Below, piece after piece: positions 1 to 12,700 of a stretch of 64,000 nt of DNA (positions are counted from its first letter, which is position 1; each line of letters begins with the position of its first letter). Origin of the DNA: Hypanus sabinus (Eukaryota); the NCBI RefSeq assembly GCF_030144855.1, contig NW_026781254.1, positions 124,001-188,000 of the forward strand, given 5' to 3'. The position numbers and the translations under genes were made by a program. Under the pieces are notes generated by a model. That model was not told the origin of the DNA. It worked only from the letters and a program-made list of their open reading frames with translations, and did not search any database.

Positions 1-663
1 ATCTTACTCATCCTGTTACCTGCCTTCTCTTCTTGAGTTGAGATACATCAGGCAATTTTCATGAGAAGATTGCTGACCATTTTGATATTGAGGCACATTA
101 GGACCAGGGATAAATACAAGCCAAAGGAGAAATTGGCAGTTGAAAGGAGGAGAAGAATATGCAGGGTTTTAAATACCAGATATGGTGGCATTTCTTGACT
201 GTGCAGTCCCATAGACATTGAAGAGAATGCAGGTTCGAATCTCACCAGAGATTCTGGAATAGTGTTATGAAGTGATAAAATAAATAGGTGAATGGCCAGT
301 GTCCAGAATCCTGAGAATGAAATTTCTTCAAGAATCATGACCTGAACTTGTTATTTTGTGTCTAAACACGACACCTGAAATAATGCAGCCGATTTTTACC
401 TGCTTTCTAAAATGAAAGCATTCCCCCACTTTAGCATAAGGCACACAAGAGCTCGCAGTTTCCTAAAATGGTGTTCACATCCAGGAATGGGCAGATCAGA
501 GCTCTGGCTTGATGCTATATAATATAAGTATTTCAAGAGCACATATTCGACAGGAATGTTAGCGACATTGCAATCCCACTAGGAATTACTAATGCTGAAC
601 ACTGTTACATATCGGAAAGGAGGGTGGATTGCATTATTTTACACCCACTTCTTCATCATCGTA

Positions 664-718
664 ATGGCAATGAGTGTGTTAGTAGAACAAAGGAAAAAGT
701 ATAATAGAACCAGTGATG
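664..718 (+). CDS. NLR candidate first coding exon (MAMSVLVEQRKKYNRTSD)
   Basis: ATG at 664 and a consensus donor G|GTAAGT at 719. Its phase-1 end matches the acceptor at 3902. No homology support. Confidence 0.5.
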
Positions 719-3700
719 GTAAGTGCAGTGTGTGGGGTGAACAGCAAGTCTGTTCTGTGCAGCTCACGGTGTTGGGTGAATGTGGGGCTTACATACCGTA
801 CTGTGCAAAATTATTGGGACATACAGTGGCATGCAAAGTTCTGGGCACCCCTAGTCAAAATTTCTGTTAATATGAATAGTGAAGTGAGTAGAAGATGTAC
901 TGAACTCCAAAAGGCATAACGTAAGAGATGAACCATGATTTTCAACATTTTAAGCAAGATCAGCGTATTATTTTTGTTTTGTACAATTTTAGAGTGGAAT
1001 AAAAAGGAAAGGGGCACAATGCAAAATATTTGGGTACCCCAAGAGATTTGAGTTCTCAGATAACTTTTGCCAAGGGCTCAGACCTTAATTAGCTTGTTGC
1101 GGCGACGGTGTGTTCACAGTCATCGAGAAGAAAGGCCAGGTGATGCAAATTTCAAAGCATTATAAATACCCTCACTCCTCAAACTTGGTCCTAATAATCA
1201 GCAGCCATGGGCTCCTCTAAACAACTGCCTAGCACTCTGAAAATTAAAATAAATGAAGCCCACAAAGCAGTAAAAGTCTATAAGAAGATAGCAAAATATT
1301 TTCAGGCAGTTGTTCCCTCAGTTCGTAATGTAGTAAAAGAATGGCAGTTAACAGGAACTGTGGAGATCAAGTTGAGGTCTGAAAGACCACAAAAACCTCC
1401 TGAGAGAAGTGCTCATAAGATTGCTAGAAAGGCAAATCAAAACCACCGTTAGACTGCAAAAGACCTTCAGGAATATTTAGCAGACTCTGGAGCGGCAGCT
1501 GACCAAATATGACCTTCTTGGAACAGTCGTCAGAAGAAGAACTTACCTGCGTTCCCTCCACAAAATTCAGGTACATCGAAACAAGCCTGATGCATTTTGG
1601 AAACAAGTCCTGTGAACTGATGAATTTAAAATAGAACTTCTTGGCCACAATGAGCAAAGATATGTTTGGATAAAAAAGAGTGCAGAATTTCATAGAAACA
1701 TAGAAAATCTGCAGCACAATACAGGCCCTTCGGCACACAAAGACATGCCAAACATCTCCTCATCATAGAAATTACTAGGCTGACCTATAGCCCTCTATTT
1801 TACTAAGCTCCATGTACCTATCTAAAAGTCTCTTAAAAGACCCTATCGTATCCGCCTCGACCACTGTTGCCTGCAGCCCATTCCATGCACTCACCACTCT
1901 CATTTAACCTGTTTCCCTAAGGCATGCTCCCCAATACAGGCAACATACTTGTAAATCTCCTCTGCAACCTTTCTATGGATTCCACGTCCTTCCTGTAGTA
2001 AGGCGACCAGAACTGAGCACATTACTCCAAATGGGGTCTGAACGGGGTCCTTTATAGCTGCGACATTAGCTCTCAGCTCTTCAATTCAATTCCACGATTG
2101 ATGAAGGCCACTACACTGTACGCTTTCTTAACCAGAGAGTCAACCTGTTCAGCTGCTTTGAGCGTCCTTTGGACTCGGACCCCAAGACATCTCTGATCCG
2201 TCACACTGCCAAAAGTCTTACCATTAATACTATATTCTGCCGTCATATTTGACCTACCAACATGAACCACTTCACACTTATCTGGATGGAACTCCATTAG
2301 CCCAGTTTTGCATCCTATGAATGTCCCACTGTAATCTCTGACAGCCCTCCACACTATCCACAACAACCCCAACCTTTGTGTCATCTGCAAACTTAATATC
2401 CCACCCCTCCACTTCGTCATACAGGTCATTTATAAAAATCAGAAATCCGCCAGAACAGATGCCTGAGGCACTCCACTGGTGACCGACCCCGTTCGGAATA
2501 TGACACTTCTACAACCACTGTTTGCCTTCTGTAGGCAAGCCAGTTCAGGATCCACAAAACAAGGTCCCCTTGGATCTCATGCCTCCTTACTTTCTCATTA
2601 AGCCTTGCATGGGGTACCTTATCAATGCCTCGCTGAAGTCCATATACGCTACACCTACTGTTCTTCCTTCATCAATGTGTTTAGTCACATCCTCAAAAAT
2701 GACATTAAAATAACACCTCTCTAGCTTTTCTCTTGGATGGATCGACCATGCTTTGGCTTGTGTTGCGGCCAGTGGCACGCATACCATTTCACTGGTAGAG
2801 GGAAGAATTAATTCAATTAATTACCGGCAAATTCTGGAAGCAAACATCACACTGTCTGTAAAAAAAGCTGAAGATGAAAAGAGGATGGTTTCTACAACAG
2901 GATAATTATCCTAAACACACCTCAAAATCCATAATCTACATCAAGAGGCACAAGCTGAAGATTTTGCCACGGCTATCACAATCCCCTGACATAAATATCA
3001 TCTAAAAACTGTATATAGGCCTTAAATGAAGAGTGCATTCAAGACAGCCCAATAACTAGAAGCCCTTTGCAAGGAAGAATGGGCAAAAATTCCCCAAACT
3101 AAAATTGAAATACACTTAGCTGACTAAAGAAAGCACTTATAAGCTGTGATACTTGCCAAAGGGGGTGTTATTAAGTACTGACCATGCAGGGTGCTCAAAC
3201 GTTTGCTTAGGGCCCTATTCGTATTTTTGTTATTTTGAAACTGTAAATGGTGGAAATAAAAATAAAAAGTAATCTTGCTTAAAATATTAAAGAAATGTGT
3301 CGTCTTTAAATTTTTGGAAATGAGTTTTCTTTTACAGGCTCAGCTATTCATTGACCGAGGATGCCCGAACTTATGTATGCCACTGCATATATAGCTAGGA
3401 TGCCCTAGCTTTTGCACGCAACCTCTATACTGTCTATGTCCCCAACACTTTTGCGCAAGACTGTAGTAATTTTATATAATGGATGGTAGTGCAGCTGCAA
3501 AACAAAAAAAGTGACACGTGTGAGTAATAATAAATTTGATTCTGATATATGTCTTTGTTGTGGACTGTAAGTGGGAAGGGGGCAGAGAGAGTGGAATCAT
3601 GGTTTGGAAAGTGTAGGGAAAAATACTAGAGAGACATTCTGTAATGACCAATAAATCAATTGTTTGGAAACAAATGACCTCATCTCGTGTCTCGGGGCTG

Positions 3701-6700
3701 GATGTGTCCGTACCCTCACTACACCAGACCCCAGGCACTCCTTTTTTGCTTTCTGTCCCATCCCCTCCAGCCTGTGTAACCTGCTCACACCACATCTGCC
3801 GCGGTTCCAAAAACCTCTTACTCAACTTTTCAAACATACTTTACCAGCTCACTCTCCAATCCACGTTGCACAGTGCTGTATTTGCATATTTCTGTTCCTA
3901 GATCCCAAATCGACGATCTCAGATCTCCTGACACGGTGTGAAGATTATCAACTGCTCCACCTGACAACTTTCTACCGGGAGAGACTAAAACTTGCGATTG
4001 AAGAACGGGTAGAAGGACTCAGCTGGATGATGAGAAAGGAGGGACAATTCAGTGAATGGGAATACGAGGTGATTGAGAGTAACAGTTGGGATACTGTTCA
4101 TTTTAGTGAAAAGTGGGATGAGAGACAAAGATCAGTTTGGCTCATCCTCTTGTTTCTGTGCACTGAAGTGATGATATTGATAACTGAACAATTTGTGTCA
4201 GAAACCTTTGCACCAGGACTGAAATCAGTGAGGTGGAAATGTACGAACTATAGATTTAAAATTAATTCATTAGTCCAAATAAATTGAGCTCAGCACAGTG
4301 GTGAGCGAAATGTGATTCAATGAACCAGCATCAGAAATGAATACCTGATTAAAACATCAATCAAGGTCTTTGGTCACATTCTGATTAATTTCATTTCTCC
4401 TCATGGACGATTCATATGTCCGGTTCTCTGCTGCCATGTGCGGAAGGGCACCTGTCCACCACATCGATATGGTCGCATCACTCCGGTACACAGCCAGGTG
4501 CCTGGAATTTCGCCATTGTGTCCTCGCCCTTGAATTAGAATCACTCAACAGGAAAATGGGCCATATCGCCCGAAATCTTTCCTGTCACTTGTTTCTCGAA
4601 TTATCTTCAAAATTCCATTACTTGAAACAGCATTAATTATCAAAATATATATACAGTATACAACATTGAGATTCGCTTTCTTACAGACTTTGAAGAAACA
4701 ATAGAACATATTTTTTTTTAAAACTCACATAACAGAGACAGCCAAACACCCAATGTTTGAAAAACAGATCATCTTAACACTGAAAGTAAACAATTAACAC
4801 TCAGAATATGAACTGCAGAGGCCACCAACGTGGAAAGTGGGTCCACGGCCACCGATCCAGATTCACTGCTTTGCAGCCAGTCCTTGAGCCCAGACCAGAG
4901 ACGCAGACGTGAGTAAACTTGATATGAGCGAATCAGTGAACAAAACACTGGCACGCTCCTCATTCGCAGTCGCGATATCACAACCCTTTTGATCTGGTTT
5001 AGCACTCAAATCGACAAATCTTTGGCTAATTCCTCGCTTTCGGGCCCGTCCCCTGCCACTTCGATCTGGCCCCAAGTTTGCATTAGCAATGACCGTGGCG
5101 GAAGTGTACACCTGAGACTCAAGCTTGCCGAATTCCCCCACATCACCGCACATACACCAGATTGGTTCAGAAATAACAACTTGCAAATGAAAAGCATTGC
5201 AGAAATCATAGTACAAAAAATTGTAATGGATAGAGTAGTTAGAGATTTTTTTCGATGTATCCCACCACCTCCATTTTCCCAGGACAGTACGAATGTACTA
5301 TTGATATAGAATCTGATAACTAACTCAAAGGATTCACGTTGAATCAGGGCAAATCAGCCTGGGTCTCCCGGGAGGATCCTTGAGACCAGTAGATGTCATG
5401 AACAGGAATTTGCTGAGATGTCTCAGAGACCAGTCAAGAGACAATCTAATATTATCAAACATTGTCAACTTTCCAACCGTGGTATCTGCCAACAGAGGTC
5501 ATCACCCAAGTGCTTGTGGGAAAGAAATGTTCTCACTGAGCACATCCATGTCACTTCCATCATTCTGACAGTGACGGGCCCAAACCGGAGAGAAGTGCAA
5601 AGCTCTTTGTCCATGGGACAATGCATTGTGCAGAAGCAGTAGGACTGTAACGAGGCATATCCACGGGTTAATGGCCAATGTCTACATCACATTGTCATCA
5701 CCAGCACAGCCATGTAACAGGTCCACAGGCACTATGAAGGGATGTGGCAAAGGAGATTAATTCACTCTGAAACAATAATACCAACTTGTAATTGTCTTCA
5801 GTTCGTGCATTGGTTCCAATGTCTGATCCCATAGATTTACAGAATGGATCAGGAGACAAACCAGTGTTTGTCCCAGTGGTATTGGGCAGTGAGATTCTTT
5901 GAATGTCCCATCAATTAGCAGATTTTCCTCATCATTCTCTGTCTGTCCGTCCGATCTTCACAGGAAGTCACTGAGCTCGTGCAGAGGAGAAACCGAACTG
6001 AGAGTTCCAAACTCTTCTTCAGTCTGGTGATAGAGAAAGACACCCAGGCCCAGAGGGTGATGTGGGTATCCTTTGTGGAAATGAGGAAGGAGTTACCAAA
6101 GTTGGACAAGATACTGAAGGAAATCCAGGAACTCGGTACAGTGAAATAACACATTTTGCACTAAATCAGACTGAAATTTTCCAGATTTAACAATACACGT
6201 TAGTCCCGGTTTCATGAAAGGTTTTCGATGTCTATAGGTCCTGATCCATATGAGCACATGAATCTCACCCGAAGCTTTTGTGAGTTATCCACGCACCTGA
6301 AAGGTGAGTGATGAAATCAATGATTCAAACTGATTACTTGACAGAAATGATGTTGAAAAACGATTGACTTCAGATTGCTGAAACTCGGAGCCCAGCTGTC
6401 AGTGTTTGTTGAAAGGATGGTCTTGACTGGAAATCACAATCATTCAGTTGGTACTCGGAGTTGAAGCTACAGTTCAGAACAGTTGTGGCAGTTTGTGGAA
6501 ATAACTCAGTTCAGTATTTCGGCTTTTCAGCGGTAAGAGTCAATCAGACATCTACACCCAGCAATGTCCTGCTGCCCAAGAAAACCCCAGACATTGCTGG
6601 CAGTCTGCTGATGTGTTGTGAATCCCAATGATGCTGGCTGTTGATACAGCAGCAAATCCCAGATTATCTGAGAGCAGAAAAACCATAAAGTTCTTCCACG

Positions 6701-9700
6701 GTTAGGACGACATGGTAGAGTTGCTGTTAGAGTGCTACTTTTCAGCATCAGTGATCTCGGCTCAGTGCCCGCTGCCGACTGTAAAGAACTGGTAGTGTCT
6801 CTCTGTGACCATCAGGGTTTCTTCTGGATTGTCAGGTTTCTTCCCACATTCTGAAGAAGGAGTCATAGAAAAGTACAACACAGAAACAGGCCCATCGACC
6901 CATCTAGTCCATGTCGAACCACTTAAACTGCCTACTCCCAATTATCTCTATCCCTGTACCTATCCAAACTTCTTAAATGTTGAAATCGAGGTGGTATGCA
7001 CCACCCGTGCTGACAATGTGTTTCACCCTCTGACAAACACCGGAGTGAAGAAGTTTCCCTATCTTTTCCCCTTAAACATTAACCATGGCCTCTAGTTGTA
7101 GTCCCACATATTGTTAGTGTAAAAAGGCTTCTTTACATTTTTCCTATCAATTCTCCTCTCGATTTTCTGCGTTCCAAGGATTACAGACCTAATCTATTCG
7201 AACTTTTCTTATAACTCAGGTCTTCTAGACCAGGCACCATCCATGCAATATGTTCACTGAACTCTTTGACCCATATTTCCATCTTTCCTGCAGGTCACCA
7301 AAACTTTACATGATACTCCAAACTAGGTCTCACCAATGTCTTGCACAACTTCGACAGAACATCCCATGTCCTCAATACTTTGATTTATGACGGCCAATGT
7401 GCCAAAAGCTTGCTTTATGACCCTGCCTACATGTGACTTTCAATTAATTATGTCCCTGCATTCCCAGATCTTTTTGTTCTACCACATTTCTCAGTGTCCC
7501 AGCATTCACAATGTAGGACCCTGGCTGGCCCTATCAAAGTGTAACACCTCGCACTTGTCTGCATTAATTTGTATCTGCAAGTCACGATAGGCTTCCTCGC
7601 TGTCCACTACACCCCCAATATTGATGGCATCACAAATGTGCTGATGCAGTTATACATTATAATCCACATCTTTGACATAGATGACAAACAACAACGGACC
7701 CAACACCAATCCCTGCAGTACATGTCACCTGTTCAGTCAAAGAGGCAACTCTCTGGCTTTTCCCTCAAAGCCAGTGTGTAGTCCAATTTACCACCTCATC
7801 TAGAATGCCTTGCAACTGAACCTTCTTGACCAAGCTCCCATGCAGGACTTTGCCAAATGCCTTACTAAAGTCCACTTAAGCAACATCCACTGACTGGTCT
7901 TTATCAACTTTCCTGGTCACTTCCTCGAAGAACTCTATAAGTTTGGTTGAACATGACCAATCACACACAAAACCATGCTGACCATCCTCAATCAGTCCAT
8001 TTCCAGATGTACAAGTCAGTAGGTTAATTGGTCACATCGATGTAATTGGGCCCTGCGGGTGCTTAGGCTGGAAGGGGCTGTCACTGGGCTATATCGCTAA
8101 AAATTAATGAAGCAGATCCTTCTGACTGAGTCCCACTCAGCACAATTTGCACGAATATTAAACTGTAATTCATGTAATCCACATTACGACCATGGATTGA
8201 ACAGACCTCTGGCAGGGTGTTGATGCTCTGTAAAACTGAAGACAGCTCTGGCTGGTGTTAACACACTGTGAAGCATCATGCACTTCCCAGAGTATCCCGA
8301 TAAAAGGTCGATCCCTGAATATACCCCTGGAGGTTTCCTCATACACTGTACTCCCATGTACTCTTGCCCTGATACCCTGAACTTCACTTGCTTGTAATAT
8401 ATTCACAAAGCACTTTTGCATTTTTCTTAAACATCACTATGGCATGTCCCAGACTGGTCTCATAGTTCATTTGAAGTAATTCTACTCTACACCTTGCAGA
8501 ACATTTTCTTTGTTTTTTTTATTCCTTAATCTGAGAACAACACCTTTTATCAGAAGACGCATTGATATACCTCGATTTTCAATGTTCCTTACAATTTACT
8601 CCTTTCATGCCCACAAAACACCCAATATTCACTTTTGAATGACTCCAGCTTACTGGGTGAAGAATCACCTTCAATCAGTGCTGTGATATGCAATCGAAAT
8701 AATCCCTCTCCTACTTTAGGATATCCATGTCCAATCCATCTGCTCTCCTATCCATAACTGAGATGAAGCTTAGCTTCTTTTTCCATATTTAAAGTGCTTC
8801 AACTACATGAAAGAACAGGATCTCTCCTCGATGCACTTCAATCCGTTAATAAAAACAATCCAGATACATTCATAGGGAAGTTGGAATCCAGTTCTACGAG
8901 GTCGCTTTCATTCATGACATCTCTGTGTGATTTATCTACTCCTGTATCTCCTGATAACTGTTCAGCAGTGTCTGGTATAACTGAATCGAAGAGACAATAG
9001 ACAATAGGTGCAGGAGTAGGCCCTTCGGCCCTTCGAGCCAGCACCACCATTCAATGTGATCATGGCTGATCATCCACAGTCAGTACCCCGTTCTTCCCTT
9101 CCCCCCCATATCCCTTGATTCCGCTATCTTTAAGAGCTCGATTTAACTCTTTCTTGAAAGCATCCAGAGAATTGGCCTCCAGTGCCTTCTGAGGCAGAGC
9201 ATTCCATAGATCCACAACTCTCTGAGTGAAAACGTTTTTCCTCAACTCTGTTCTAAATGGCCTACTCCTTATTGTTAAACTGTGGCCTCTGGTTCTGTTT
9301 TCCCCCAATATCGGGAATATGTTTCCTGCCTCTAGCGTGTCCAATCGCTTTAGAATCTTATATGTCTCAATCAGATCCCTTCTCATCCTTCTAAATTCCA
9401 GTGTATACAAGCCCAGTCGCTCCAATCCTTAAACATATGACAGTCCCGCCATCCTGGCAATTAACATCGTGAACCTACTCTTCACTCCCTCAATAGCAAG
9501 AATGTCCTTCCTCAAATTTGGAGACCAGAACTGAACAGAAATCTCCAGGTGTGGTCTCACAAGGGCCCTGTACAACTGCAGAAGGACCTCTTTGCTCCTA
9601 TACTCAACTCCCCTTGTTATGAAGGCCAACATGCCATTAGCTTTCCTCACATCCTGCTGTACCTGCATGTTTACTTTCAGTGATGGATGAACAAGGACAG

Positions 9701-12700
9701 CTAGAGCTCATTGTACTTCCATTTATCCTAACTTGACAACATTTAGATAGTAATCTGCCTTTCTGTTCTTGCCACCAAAGTGGATAACCTCACATCTATC
9801 CACATTAAACTGCATCTGCCATGCATCTGCCTACTCACCCAACCTGTCAAAGTCACCCTGCATTCTCCTAACATGCTCCTCACATTTCACACTGCCATCT
9901 AGCTTTGTGTATTCTGCAAATTTGCTGCTGTTACTTTTAATCCCTTCATCTAAATCATTGATGTATATTGTAAGTAGCTCCGGTCCCATCACCCAGCCTT
10001 GCGGTACCCCACTAGTTATTGACTACCATTCTGAAAAGGAACCGTTATTCCCTACTCTTTGTTTCCTGTCTGCCAACCAATTTTCTATCCATGTGAGTGC
10101 CCTATCCCCAATACCACGTGCTTTAATTTTGCCCGCTAATCTCCTATGTGGGAATTTATCAAAGGCTTTCTGAAAGTCCAGGTACACTACATCCACTGGC
10201 TCTCCCTTGTACATTTTCATAGTTACATACTCAACAAATCCCAATAGATTAGTCAAGCATGATTTCCCCTTTGTAAATCCATGCTGACTCGGTCTGATCC
10301 TTCTACTGCTATCCAAATGTGCAATTATGACCAGGTTGCACTCCAGAAAAAGTTTGCACTCTTTCTGCAAGGAAGGTTCTGAGTGTGTTTATAAGTTGGC
10401 TTTCACTTCACGGTTAATTAGATGAACATTCTCCTCAAAATATAGGTGATTTGATTGTGATGTCATTACAGATTTGTTACTTCAACAGATTTATTGTTTA
10501 TTACATTTATGGACAGGGGTTGGGAATCTTATCTTCGATGCAGCTCAATGACTTTCGTCTGGTCAGGGAGAGTGAAGAGGTGATAGATAGGAGCTATAGG
10601 CAGCTCGTTACACCGAGGTCTCAGGAGAGATAAGTGGGTAATAGTCAGGAGACGGAAGGGCAAAAATCAGATTCTAGATAGTACCCCATTGGCTGTCCCA
10701 GTTAACAATAAATACTCCTGTTTGAGTACTGTTGGGGGGAACATTCTACCTGAGGGAAGCAACAGTGGCCATGCCTCAGGCACAGAGTTTAGCCCTCTGG
10801 CTAAGAAGGGTACGGAAATGAAGAGGATGGCAGCAATGATAGGGGAGGATGCACCATCAATAACTCTCGGAGACGGAAGGCGAAAGATAAGCTTTTATTA
10901 ACAGCACGAGACCACGACCAGCAGCAAGAGACCACCACACAACATCCTGGAGACTGAGTGAGGAGCAGTGCCTCCAATCACTTTTATTCTGGGGTCTGTG
11001 GGAGGAGCCACAGGAGCAGTCAGCAGAGGTGCGTGTCCAGACAGGTATATGTAGTTTACCACAGGGGACTCCATAGTTACAAAGTCAGATACAGTATTCT
11101 ACGGATGCAGGAAAGAAACACTTCTGATAGTTTACTTCTCAGTGCCAGGGTCTGGGATGTTTCTGATAGTGTCCGCAATATCCTGAAAGTAGGAAGGAGA
11201 ACAGCCAGAGGTCATGGAATATATTGGAACCAAAGACATAGGAAGGAAAAGGGGAGTCTCCTTTTGGCAGATTATGGAGTAAGACGCGTTTACCACGGAT
11301 CGACCCTTTTGCAACTTTCCACTGTTATATTTGTTTAAATTTGGAAGATTTATTACTTTTGTTGAAGGATTTACGATTCAGTCACAACGGCTGATACTCG
11401 ATCTGGAATTGAACTAAGATGTGACAAAAGTCGAACAAACAAAGAAATCAGAGGAAGTCTCTACTTCAGAAAGAATGCTCTCTCTAATAGAAGCTATTAA
11501 TGTCAAGATCGGTATGGTGGATACCAAGATTGATAAACTGACGAAGGCTAATGAAAAGCTTGAAAAAAATCACCTTCGCTGTTCAAGATTCTTTTAAGAA
11601 TCTGGAACTTCAATATCAGATTCTTAAACAGAGCACTCATAGAATTGAAATAGAGCAAGAGTTAATAAATCAAGCTATTAAAGATCAAGAATTGAAGATC
11701 TGTTTCATGGAAAAGAAAATTAATAAGGCTACTTTGGAGCTATCAAGAATTAAGAAGAAGTCGATTGATCTGGAAAGCAGAAGACGCAGGATGAATTTAT
11801 GCATATTGGGTTTGCCTGAAAATACGGAAACTGGTGAGCCATTAAAGTTATTTTTAAACATGTTATACTCACTTTTCAGCTTTACCGGTACTTGACAGAG
11901 ACCATCAAATTTTACGTCCTAAGCCTTCACCTGAAATGAAGCCTCGTCCTGTGATTTTATGTTTTCATTATTTCACAACTAAAGAAGCTATTCTCTGGGA
12001 TGCATGGGTAAGCTAATTTATAACGGAGCAGAGTTTCGGATAGTTGAAGATTTCACCCCAGAGATTCATGCTGAAAGAATTAAGTATCGGGAACTGATGG
12101 CTGAATTTTATAAGATTAACTGTCGTCCCTCTTTGCAGTATCCGGCTCGTTTGAGAATTTCTCCACCTAATCGTCACCGAAAATGGATAACTCCCCAGAA
12201 GAGAGGTGGAAATTTATAAAGGAGTTTAAGTTTATGTCGCAAGCAATTGAATAGTTAATCCTCAGCTGGGAGCTTTTTGTAGCTGCTTTGTTTAGTCTAA
12301 TCCACGTTTTGAGTGCCCAGGCACGGACTTGGTTGATTTACTTACATCTGTTGTTGTTTGCGTTAATAGTCAATGTAGTTTCGGATTTTATATATATGCA
12401 CTTACCTTTTTTTTTGATTTGTAAGTCTCTAACCTTAGTCGTAATATATTAGTTGGTTGGATTCATCTTTTGAATACATGATTAATGTATTTTAAATGAA
12501 TCTAAGATGGCTGTCATCAGCTAGGTTTTAATGCTGTTAGACATAATGTTTAAATATTTGGAATTTGATTATCTCTTCATGTTCCTTTTGTTATGTCTTT
12601 AGTTGGTGGGGTTAATGTATAGCTTTGTAAGCAGAGCCTGTTAACTAGAGACGTGGGTTAAGGGTTATTAGAGTAGCATGCTGTTCACCTATTGGATGGT

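Larger units (their letters stand above)
797..3463. repeat. Short palindromic MITE-like element split by the Tc1
   Basis: Left arm cgtactgtgcaaaattattgggacata (797-823) is an imperfect reverse complement of tatgtccccaacacttttgcgcaagactg (3435-3463). Confidence 0.55.

Noticed and set aside
3664-4287. 207-aa ORF as a complete gene
   Set aside because: Only 3902-4068 is bounded by splice sites; the rest is intron or repeat read-through.
4630-5200. Possible interspersed repeat and ORFs 4863..5216 and 4989..5309
   Set aside because: Looks like a non-autonomous repeat, but I cannot support a family or boundaries; the ORFs have no recognisable motifs.
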